Origin: Eledone cirrhosa
Taxonomy: Eukaryota
Assembly (NCBI GenBank): GCA_964016885.1
Contig: OZ024745.1
Span: 59,892,001-59,956,000 of the forward strand
Length of the DNA stretch: 64,000 nucleotides
Direction: 5' to 3'
In this document: positions 1-10,915 of the stretch, in pieces
How positions within the stretch are numbered: position 1 is the stretch's first letter
Layout: the number at the start of each line of letters is the position of its first letter
The notes under the pieces: generated by a model
What the model was told of the DNA's origin: nothing
The model's input: the letters and a program-made list of their open reading frames with translations, nothing else
Databases searched by the model: none
Position numbers and translations under genes: made by a program

Positions 1-484
1 GAAAACCTCGACTTGGAGTGAGAACCTCGACTTGGAGTGAAAACCTCGACTTGGAGTGAAAACCTCGACTTGGAATGAAGACCTCGACTTGGAGTGAGAA
101 CCTCGACTTGGAGTGAGAACCTCGACTTGGAGTGAGAACCTCGACTTGGAGTGAGAACCTCGACTTGGAGTGAGAACCTCGACTTGGAGTGTAAACTGCG
201 ACTCTGAGTGAGAACCTCGACTTGGAGTGAGAACCTCGACTTGGAGTGAAAACCTCGACTTGGAGTGAGAACCTCGACTTGGAGTGAAAACCTCGACTTG
301 GAGTGAAAACCTCGACTTGGAGTGAAAACCTCGACTTGGAGTGAAAACCTCGACTTGGAGTGAGAACCTCGACTTGGAGTGAGAACCTCGACTTGGAGTG
401 TAAACTGCGACTCTGAGTGAAAACCTCGACTTGGAGTGAGAACCTCGACTTGGAGTGAAAACCTCGACTTGGAGTGAGAACCTC

Positions 485-579
485 GACTTGGAGTCAGAAC
501 CTCGACTTGGAGTCAGAACCTCAACTTGGAGTCAGAACCTCGACTTGGAGTCAGAACCTCGACTTGGAGTCAGAACCTC
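485..579 (+). repeat. Cluster of five GACTTGGAGTCAGAACCTC variant monomers, one preceded by TCAACT (representative HOR landmark upstream of most cassettes)
   Basis: Similar clusters of 3-5 copies near 3183, 8332, 10156, 14412, 17623, 18345, 19808, 23228, 26173, 28719, 31873, 36167, 39397, 46503, 49809, 53666 and 60525. Confidence 0.9.
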
Positions 580-826
580 GACTTGGAGTGAAAACCTCGA
601 CTTGGAGTGAAAACCTCGACTTGGAGTGAGAACCTCGACTTGGAGTGAGAACCTCGACTTGGAGTGAAAACCTCGACTTGGAGTGAGAACCTCGACTTGG
701 AGTGAGAACCTCTACTTGGAGTGAAAACCTCGACTTGGAGTGTAAACTGCGACTTGGAGTGAGAACCTCGACTTGGAGTGAAAACCTCGACTTGGAGTGT
801 AAACTGCGACTTGGAGTGTAAACTGC

Positions 827-1244
827 GACTTGGAGTGTAATGTACAACTTGGAGCATAATGTACAACTTGGAGCATAATGTACGACTTGGAGCATAATGT
901 ACGACTTAGAGTGTAATGTAGGACTTAGAGTGTAATGTAGGACTTAGAGTGTAATGTAGGACTTAGAGTGTAATGTAGGACTTAGAGTGTAATGTAGGAC
1001 TAGGAGCATAATGTAGGACTAGGAGCATAATGTACGACTTGGAGTGTAATGTAGGACTTGGAGTGTAATGTAGGACTTGGAGTGTAAACTGCGAGTTGAA
1101 ATATAAATTGCGACTTGGATTGTAAACCTTGACTTGCAGTGTATTGAACAACTTGGGGTGTATACTGCGGCTTGGAGTGTAAACTGCGGCTCCGAATATA
1201 AACTACGACTTGCAGTGTCATATATGACTCTGAGTGAAAACCTC
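827..1244 (+). repeat. Divergent-monomer cassette copy 1 (22 monomers, 5 TTAGAG monomers)
   Basis: 13 ..TAATGTA(C/G) monomers, one GTAAACTGC monomer, 7 unique degenerate monomers (GAGTTGAAATATAAATTGC to GACTTGCAGTGTCATATAT) and a closing GACTCTGAG monomer. Confidence 0.95.
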
Positions 1245-3543
1245 GACTTGGAGTGAAAACCTCGACTTGGAGTGAGAACCTCGACTTGGAGTGAGAACCT
1301 CGACTTGGAGTGAAAACCTCGACTTGGAGTGAGAACCTCGACTTGGAGTGAAAACCTCGACTTGGAGTGAAAACCTCGACTTGGAGTGAGAACCTCGACT
1401 TGGAGTGAGAACCTCGACTTGGAGTGAAAACCTCGACTTGGAGTGAGAACCTCGACTTGGAGTGAGAACCTCGATTTGGAGTGAAAACCTCGACTTGGAG
1501 TGAGAACCTCGACTTGGAGTGAGAACCTCGACTTGGAGTGAGAACCTCGACTTGGAGTGAGAACCTCGACTTGGAGTGAGAACCTCGACTTGGAGTGAGA
1601 ACCTCGACTTGGAGTGAGAACCTCGACTTGGAGTGAGAACCTCGACTTGGAGTGAAAACCTCGACTTGGAGTGAGAACCTCGACTTGGAGTGAGAACCTC
1701 GACTTGGAGTGAAAACTTCGACTTGGAGTGAGAACCTCGACTTGGAGTGAGAACCTCGACTTGGAGTGAGAACCTCGACTTGGAGTGGAAACCTCGACTT
1801 GGAGTGAGAACCTCGACTTGGAGTGAGAACCTCGACTTGGAGTGAGAACCTCGACTTGGAGTGAGAACCTCGACTTGGAGTGAAAACCTCGACTTGGAGT
1901 GAGAACCTCGACTTGGAGTGAAAACCTCGACTTGGAGTGAGAACCTCGACTTGGAGTGAAAACCTCGACTTGGAGTGAGAACCTCGACTTGGAGTGAGAA
2001 CCTCGACTTGGAGTGAGAACCTCGACTTGGAGTGAGAACCTCGACTTTGAGTGAAAACCTCGACTTGGAGAGAGAACCTCCACTTGGAGTGAGAACCTCG
2101 ACTTTGAGTGAAAACCTCGACTTGGAGTGAGAACCTCGACTTTGAGTGAAAACCTCGACTTGGAGTGAGAACCTCGACTTGGAGTGAGAACCTCGACTTG
2201 GAGTGAGAACCTCGACTTGGAGTGGAAACCTCGACTTGGAGTGAGAACCTCGACTTGGAGTGAAAACCTCGACTTGGAGTGAGAACCTCGACTTGGAGTG
2301 AAAACCTCGACTTGGAGTGAAAACCTCGACTTGGAGTGAAAACCTCGACTTGGAGTGAGAACCTCGACTTGGAGTGAAAACCTCGACTTGGAGTGAGAAC
2401 CTCGACTTGGAGTGAAAACCTCGACTTGGAGTGAGAACCTCGACTTGGAGTGAAAACCTCGACTTGGAGTGAGAACCTCGACTTGGAGTGAGAACCTCGA
2501 CTTTGAGTGAAAACCTCGACTTGGAGAGAGAACCTCGACTTGGAGTGAGAACCTCGACTTTGAGTGAAAACCTCGACTTGGAGTGAGAACCTCGACTTTG
2601 AGTGAAAACCTCGACTTGGAGTGAGAACCTCGACTTGGAGTGAAAACCTCGACTTGGAGTGAAAACCTCGACTTGGAGTGAGAACCTCGACTTGGAGTGG
2701 AAACCTCGACTTGGAGTGAGAACCTCGACTTGGAGTGAGAACCTCGACTTGGAGTGAAAACCTCGACTTGGAGTGAGAACCTCGACTTGGAGTGAGAACC
2801 TCGACTTGGAGTGAGAACCTCGACTTGGAGTGAGAACCTCGACTTGGAGTGAGAACCTCGACTTGGAGTGTAAACTGCGACTCTGAGTGAGAACCTCGAC
2901 TTGGAGTGAGAACCTCGACTTGGAGTGAAAACCTCGACTTGGAGTGAGAACCTCGACTTGGAGTGAAAACCTCGACTTGGAGTGAAAACCTCGACTTGGA
3001 GTGAAAACCTCGACTTGGAGTGAAAACCTCGACTTGGAGTGAGAACCTCGACTTGGAGTGAGAACCTCGTCTTGGAGTGAGAACCTCGACTTGGAGTGTA
3101 AACTGCGACTCTGAGTGAAAACCTCGACTTGGAGTGAGAACCTCGACTTGGAGTGAAAACCTCGACTTGGAGTGAGAACCTCGACTTGGAGTCAGAACCT
3201 CGACTTGGAGTCAGAACCTCAACTTGGAGTCAGAACCTCGACTTGGAGTCAGAACCTCGACTTGGAGTCAGAACCTCGACTTGGAGTGAAAACCTCGACT
3301 TGGAGTGAAAACCTCGACTTGGAGTGAGAACCTCGACTTGGAGTGAGAACCTCGACTTGGAGTGAGAACCTCGACTTGGAGTGAAAACCTCGACTTGGAG
3401 TGAGAACCTCGACTTGGAGTGAGAACCTCTACTTGGAGTGAAAACCTCGACTTGGAGTGTAAACTGCGACTTGGAGTGAGAACCTCGACTTGGAGTGAAA
3501 ACCTCGACTTGGAGTGTAAACTGCGACTTGGAGTGTAAACTGC

Positions 3544-3961
3544 GACTTGGAGTGTAATGTACAACTTGGAGCATAATGTACAACTTGGAGCATAATGTAC
3601 GACTTGGAGCATAATGTACGACTTAGAGTGTAATGTAGGACTTAGAGTGTAATGTAGGACTTAGAGTGTAATGTAGGACTTAGAGTGTAATGTAGGACTT
3701 AGAGTGTAATGTAGGACTAGGAGCATAATGTAGGACTAGGAGCATAATGTACGACTTGGAGTGTAATGTAGGACTTGGAGTGTAATGTAGGACTTGGAGT
3801 GTAAACTGCGAGTTGAAATATAAATTGCGACTTGGATTGTAAACCTTGACTTGCAGTGTATTGAACAACTTGGGGTGTATACTGCGGCTTGGAGTGTAAA
3901 CTGCGGCTCCGAATATAAACTACGACTTGCAGTGTCATATATGACTCTGAGTGAAAACCTC
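3544..3961 (+). repeat. Cassette copy 2
   Basis: Same as copy 1; offset 2717 = 143x19. Confidence 0.95.
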
Positions 3962-6900
3962 GACTTGGAGTGAAAACCTCGACTTGGAGTGAGAACCTCG
4001 ACTTGGAGTGAGAACCTCGACTTGGAGTGAAAACCTCGACTTGGAGTGAGAACCTCGACTTGGAGTGAAAACCTCGACTTGGAGTGAAAACCTCGACTTG
4101 GAGTGAGAACCTCGACTTGGAGTGAGAACCTCGACTTGGAGTGAAAACCTCGACTTGGAGTGAAAACCTCGACTTGGAGTGAGAACCTCGACTTGGAGTG
4201 AGAACCTCGATTTGGAGTGAAAACCTCGACTTGGAGTGAGAACCTCGACTTGGAGTGAGAACCTCGACTTGGAGTGAGAACCTCGACTTGGAGTGAGAAC
4301 CTCGACTTGGAGTGAGAACCTCGACTTGGAGTGAGAACCTCGACTTGGAGTGAGAACCTCGACTTGGAGTGAGAACCTCGACTTGGAGTGAGAACCTCGA
4401 CTTGGAGTGAAAACCTCGACTTGGAGTGAGAACCTCGACTTGGAGTGAGAACCTCGACTTGGAGTGAGAACCTCGACTTGGAGTGAAAACTTCGACTTGG
4501 AGTGAGAACCTCGACTTGGAGTGAGAACCTCGACTTGGAGTGAGAACCTCGACTTGGAGTGGAAACCTCGACTTGGAGTGAGAACCTCGACTTGGAGTGA
4601 GAACCTCGACTTGGAGTGAGAACCTCGACTTGGAGTGAGAACCTCGACTTGGAGTGAAAACCTCGACTTGGAGTGAGAACCTCGACTTGGAGTGAAAACC
4701 TCGACTTGGAGTGAGAACCTCGACTTGGAGTGAAAACCTCGACTTGGAGTGAGAACCTCGACTTGGAGTGAGAACCTCGACTTGGAGTGAGAACCTCGAC
4801 TTGGAGTGAGAACCTCGACTTTGAGTGAAAACCTCGACTTGGAGAGAGAACCTCCACTTGGAGTGAGAACCTCGACTTTGAGTGAAAACCTCGACTTGGA
4901 GTGAGAACCTCGACTTTGAGTGAAAACCTCGACTTGGAGTGAGAACCTCGACTTGGAGTGAGAACCTCGACTTGGAGTGAGAACCTCGACTTGGAGTGGA
5001 AACCTCGACTTGGAGTGAGAACCTCGACTTGGAGTGAAAACCTCGACTTGGAGTGAGAACCTCGACTTGGAGTGAAAACCTCGACTTGGAGTGAAAACCT
5101 CGACTTGGAGTGAAAACCTCGACTTGGAGTGAGAACCTCGACTTGGAGTGAAAACCTCGACTTGGAGTGAGAACCTCGACTTGGAGTGAAAACCTCGACT
5201 TGGAGTGAGAACCTCGACTTGGAGTGAAAACCTCGACTTGGAGTGAGAACCTCGACTTGGAGTGAGAACCTCGACTTTGAGTGAAAACCTCGACTTGGAG
5301 AGAGAACCTCGACTTGGAGTGAGAACCTCGACTTTGAGTGAAAACCTCGACTTGGAGTGAGAACCTCGACTTTGAGTGAAAACCTCGACTTGGAGTGAGA
5401 ACCTCGACTTGGAGTGAAAACCTCGACTTGGAGTGAAAACCTCGACTTGGAGTGAGAACCTCGACTTGGAGTGGAAACCTCGACTTGGAGTGAGAACCTC
5501 GACTTGGAGTGAGAACCTCGACTTGGAGTGAAAACCTCGACTTGGAGTGAGAACCTCGACTTGGAGTGAGAACCTCGACTTGGAGTGAGAACCTCGACTT
5601 GGAGTGAGAACCTCGACTTGGAGTGAAAACCTCGACTTGGAGTGAAAACCTCGACTTGGAGTGAAAACCTCGACTTGGAGTGAAAACCTCGACTTGGAGT
5701 GAGAACCTCGACTTGGAGTGAGAACCTCGACTTGGAGTGAAAACCTCGACTTGGAGTGAGAACCTCGACTTGAAGTGAGAAGCTCGACTTGGAGTGAAAA
5801 CCTCGACTTGGAGTGAAAACTTCGACTTAGAGTGAGAACCTCGACTTGGAGTGAGAACCTCGAGTTGGAGTGAGAACCTCGACTTGGAGTGAGAACCTCG
5901 ACTTGGAGTGAGAACCTCGACTTGGAGTGAGAACCTCGACTTGGAGTGAGAACCTCGACTTGGAGTGAAAACCTCGACTTGGAGTGAGAACCTCGACTTG
6001 GAGCGAAAACCTCGACTTGGAGTGAGAACCTCGACTTGGAGTGAAAACCTCGACTTGGAGTGAGAACCTCGACTTGGAGTGAAAACCTCGACTTGGAGTG
6101 AAAACCTCGACTTGGAGTGAAAACCTCGACTTGGAGTGAAAACCTCGACTTGGAGTGACAACCTCGACTTGGAGTGAAAACCTCGACTTGGAGTGAAAAC
6201 CTCGACTTGGAGTGAAAACCTCGACTTGGAGTGAGAACCTCGACTTGGAGTGAGAACCTCGACTTGGAGTGAAAACCTCGACTTGGAGTGAGAACCTCGA
6301 CTTGGAGTGAGAACCTCGACTTGGAGTGAGAACCTCGACTTGGAGTGAAAACCTCGACTTGGAGTGAAAACCTCGACTTGGAGTGAAAACCTCGACTTGG
6401 ATTGAGAACCTCGACTTGGAGTGAAAACCTCGACTTGGAGTGAGAACCTCGACTTGGAGTGAGAACCTCGACTTGGAGTGAAAACCTCGACTTGGAGTGA
6501 GAACCTCGACTTGGAGTGAGAACCTCGACTTGGAGTGAGAACCTCGACTTGGAGTGAGAACCTCGACTTGGAGTGAGAACCTCGACTTGGAGTGAGAACC
6601 TCGACTTGGAGTGAGAACCTCGACTTGGAGTGGAAACCTCGACTTGGAGTGAGAACCTCGACTTGGAGTGAGAACCTCGACTTGGAGTGAGAACCTCGAC
6701 TTGGAGTGAGAACCTCGACTTGGAGTGAAAACCTCGACTTGGAGTGAGAACCTCGACTTGGAGTGAAAACCTCGACTTGGAGTGAGAACCTCGACTTGGA
6801 GTGAAAACCTCGACTTGGAGTGAGAACCTCGACTTGGAGTGAGAACCTCGACTTGGAGTGAGAACCTCGACTTGGAGTGAGAACCTCGACTTGGAGTGAA

Positions 6901-8673
6901 AACCTCGACTTGGAGAGAGAACCTCCACTTGGAGTGAGAACCTCGACTTTGAGTGAAAACCTCGACTTGGAGTGAGAACCTCGACTTGGAGTGAGAACCT
7001 CGACTTGGAGTGAGAACCTCGACTTGGAGTGGAAACCTCGACTTGGAGTGAGAACCTCGACTTGGAGTGAAAACCTCGACTTGGAGTGAGAACCTCGACT
7101 TGGAGTGAAAACCTCGACTTGGAGTGAAAACCTCGACTTGGAGTGAAAACCTCGACTTGGAGTGAGAACCTCGACTTGGAGTGAAAACCTCGACTTGGAG
7201 TGAGAACCTCGACTTGGAGTGAAAACCTCGACTTGGAGTGAGAACCTCGACTTGGAGTGAAAACCTCGACTTGGAGTGAGAACCTCGACTTGGAGTGAGA
7301 ACCTCGACTTTGAGTGAAAACCTCGACTTGGAGTGAGAACCTCGACTTGGAGTGAGAACCTCGACGTGGAGTGAGAACCTCGACTTGGAGTGAGAACCTC
7401 GACTTGGAGTGAAAACCTCGACTTGGAGTGAGAACCTCGACTTGGAGTGAAAACCTCGACTTGGAGTGAGAACCTCGACTTGGAGTGAGAACCTCGACTT
7501 GGAGTGAAAACCTCGACTTGGAGTGAAAACCTCGACTTGGAGTGAAAACCTCGACTTGGAGTGAAAACCTGGACTAGGAGTGAGAACCTCGACTTGGAGT
7601 GAGAACCTCGACTTGGAGTGAGAACCTCGACTTGGAGTGGGAACCTCGACTTGGAGTGAGAACCTCGACTTGGAGTGAGAACCTCGACTTGCAGTGAAAA
7701 CCTCGACTTGGAGTGAGAACCTCAACTTGCAGTGAAAACCTCGACTTGGAGTGAGAACCTCGACTTGCAGTGAAAACCTCGACTTGGAGTGAGAACCTCG
7801 ACTTGGAGTGAAAACCTCGACTTGGAGTGAGAACCTCGACTTGGAGTGAAAACCTCGACTTGGAGTGAAAACCTCGACTTGGAATGAAGACCTCGACTTG
7901 GAATGAAGACCTCGACTTGGAGTGAGAACCTCGACTTGGAGTGAGAACCTCGACTTGGAGTGAGAACCTCGACTTGGAGTGAGAACCTCGACTTGGAGTG
8001 AGAACCTCGACTTGGAGTGTAAACTGCGACTCTGAGTGAGAACCTCGACTTGGAGTGAGAACCTCGACTTGGAGTGAAAACCTCGACTTGGAGTGAGAAC
8101 CTCGACTTGGAGTGAAAACCTCGACTTGGAGTGAAAACCTCGACTTGGAGTGAAAACCTCGACTTGGAGTGAAAACCTCGACTTGGAGTGAGAACCTCGA
8201 CTTGGAGTGAGAACCTCGACTTGGAGTGAGAACCTCGACTTGGAGTGTAAACTGCGACTCTGAGTGAAAACCTCGACTTGGAGTGAGAACCTCGACTTGG
8301 AGTGAAAACCTCGACTTGGAGTGAGAACCTCGACTTGGAGTCAGAACCTCGACTTGGAGTCAGAACCTCAACTTGGAGTCAGAACCTCGACTTGGAGTCA
8401 GAACCTCGACTTGGAGTCAGAACCTCGACTTGGAGTGAAAACCTCGACTTGGAGTGAAAACCTCGACTTGGAGTGAGAACCTCGACTTGGAGTGAGAACC
8501 TCGACTTGGAGTGAAAACCTCGACTTGGAGTGAGAACCTCGACTTGGAGTTAGAACCTCTACTTGGAGTGAAAACCTCGACTTGGAGTGTAAACTGCGAC
8601 TTGGAGTGAGAACCTCGACTTGGAGTGAAAACCTCGACTTGGAGTGTAAACTGCGACTTGGAGTGTAAACTGC

Positions 8674-9091
8674 GACTTGGAGTGTAATGTACAACTTGGA
8701 GCATAATGTACAACTTGGAGCATAATGTACGACTTGGAGCATAATGTACGACTTAGAGTGTAATGTAGGACTTAGAGTGTAATGTAGGACTTAGAGTGTA
8801 ATGTAGGACTTAGAGTGTAATGTAGGACTTAGAGTGTAATGTAGGACTAGGAGCATAATGTAGGACTAGGAGCATAATGTACGACTTGGAGTGTAATGTA
8901 GGACTTGGAGTGTAATGTAGGACTTGGAGTGTAAACTGCGAGTTGAAATATAAATTGCGACTTGGATTGTAAACCTTGACTTGCAGTGTATTGAACAACT
9001 TGGGGTGTATACTGCGGCTTGGAGTGTAAACTGCGGCTCCGAATATAAACTACGACTTGCAGTGTCATATATGACTCTGAGTGAAAACCTC
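8674..9091 (+). repeat. Cassette copy 3
   Basis: Same as copy 1; 270 monomers after copy 2. Confidence 0.95.
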
Positions 9092-10497
9092 GACTTGGAG
9101 TGAAAACCTCGACTTGGAGTGAGAACCTCGACTTGGAGTGAGAACCTCGACTTGGAGTGAAAACCTCGACTTGGAGTGAGAACCTCGACTTGGAGTGAAA
9201 ACCTCGACTTGGAGTGAAAACCTCGACTTGGAGTGAGAACCTCGACTTGGAGTGAGAACCTCGACTTGGAGTGAAAACCTCGACTTGGAGTGAGAACCTC
9301 GACTTGGAGTGAGAACCTCGATTTGGAGTGAAAACCTCGACTTGGAGTGAGAACCTCGACTTGGAGTGAGAACCTCGACTTGGAGTGAGAACCTCGACTT
9401 GGAGTGAGAACCTCGACTTGGAGTGAGAACCTCGACTTGGAGTGAGAACCTCGACTTGGAGTGAGAACCTCGACTTGGAGTGAGAACCTCGACTTGGAGT
9501 GAGAACCTCGACTTGGAGTGAAAACCTCGACTTGGAGTGAGAACCTCGACTTGGAGTGAGAACCTCGACTTGGAGTGAAAACTTCGACTTGGAGTGAGAA
9601 CCTCGACTTGGAGTGAGAACCTCGACTTGGAGTGAGAACCTCGACTTGGAGTGGAAACCTCGACTTGGAGTGAGAACCTCGACTTGGAGTGAGAACCTCG
9701 ACTTGGAGTGAGAACCTCGACTTGGAGTGAGAACCTCGACTTGGAGTGAAAACCTCGACTTGGAGTGAGAACCTCGACTTGGAGTGAAAACCTCGACTTG
9801 GAGTGAGAACCTCGACTTGGAGTGAAAACCTCGACTTGGAGTGAGAACCTCGACTTGGAGTGAGAACCTCGACTTGGAGTGAGAACCTCGACTTGGAGTG
9901 AGAACCTCGACTTTGAGTGAAAACCTCGACTTGGAGAGAGAACCTCCACTTGGAGTGAGAACCTCGACTTTGAGTGAAAACCTCGACTTGGAGTGAGAAC
10001 CTCGACTTTGAGTGAAAACCTCGACTTGGAGTGAGAACCTCGACTTGGAGTGAGAACCTCGACTTGGAGTGAGAACCTCGACTTGGAGTGGAAACCTCGA
10101 CTTGGAGTGAGAACCTCGACTTGGAGTGAAAACCTCGACTTGGAGTGAGAACCTCGACTTGGAGTCAGAACCTCGACTTGGAGTCAGAACCTCAACTTGG
10201 AGTCAGAACCTCGACTTGGAGTCAGAACCTCGACTTGGAGTCAGAACCTCGACTTGGAGTGAAAACCTCGACTTGGAGTGAAAACCTCGACTTGGAGTGA
10301 GAACCTCGACTTGGAGTGAGAACCTCGACTTGGAGTGAAAACCTCGACTTGGAGTGAGAACCTCGACTTGGAGTGAGAACCTCTACTTGGAGTGAAAACC
10401 TCGACTTGGAGTGTAAACTGCGACTTGGAGTGAGAACCTCGACTTGGAGTGAAAACCTCGACTTGGAGTGTAAACTGCGACTTGGAGTGTAAACTGC

Positions 10498-10915
10498 GAC
10501 TTGGAGTGTAATGTACAACTTGGAGCATAATGTACAACTTGGAGCATAATGTACGACTTGGAGCATAATGTACGACTTAGAGTGTAATGTAGGACTTAGA
10601 GTGTAATGTAGGACTTAGAGTGTAATGTAGGACTTAGAGTGTAATGTAGGACTTAGAGTGTAATGTAGGACTAGGAGCATAATGTAGGACTAGGAGCATA
10701 ATGTACGACTTGGAGTGTAATGTAGGACTTGGAGTGTAATGTAGGACTTGGAGTGTAAACTGCGAGTTGAAATATAAATTGCGACTTGGATTGTAAACCT
10801 TGACTTGCAGTGTATTGAACAACTTGGGGTGTATACTGCGGCTTGGAGTGTAAACTGCGGCTCCGAATATAAACTACGACTTGCAGTGTCATATATGACT
10901 CTGAGTGAAAACCTC
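10498..10915 (+). repeat. Cassette copy 4
   Basis: Same as copy 1; 96 monomers after copy 3. Confidence 0.95.

Noticed and set aside
485-579. Hairpin or cruciform from the GACT-TGG-AGTC dyad in TCAG monomers
   Set aside because: A 4-bp stem is too weak to support a structural claim.
903-1035. Telomeric repeat (TTAGAG, TTGGAG and CTAGG resemble TTAGG/TTAGGG)
   Set aside because: No tandem canonical telomere motif or G-rich strand. Inherited kb-scale variant patterns indicate recombinational amplification rather than telomerase synthesis.
1101-1203. TATAAA motifs as annotated promoters
   Set aside because: They derive simply from the GTGTAAA monomer variant, and there is no downstream gene or other support. 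Kept only as a hypothesis in the relic-block finding.
1093-1225. Cassette as an inserted transposon, MITE or SINE
   Set aside because: It is made of in-phase degenerate 19-mers of the same family, with no terminal inverted repeats, target-site duplication, poly(A) tail or Pol III boxes evident.
827-1244. CRISPR-like array (constant 10-bp half plus variable 9-bp half)
   Set aside because: The units are far too short, the variable parts are related and repeated rather than unique spacers, and there are no cas genes or leader.
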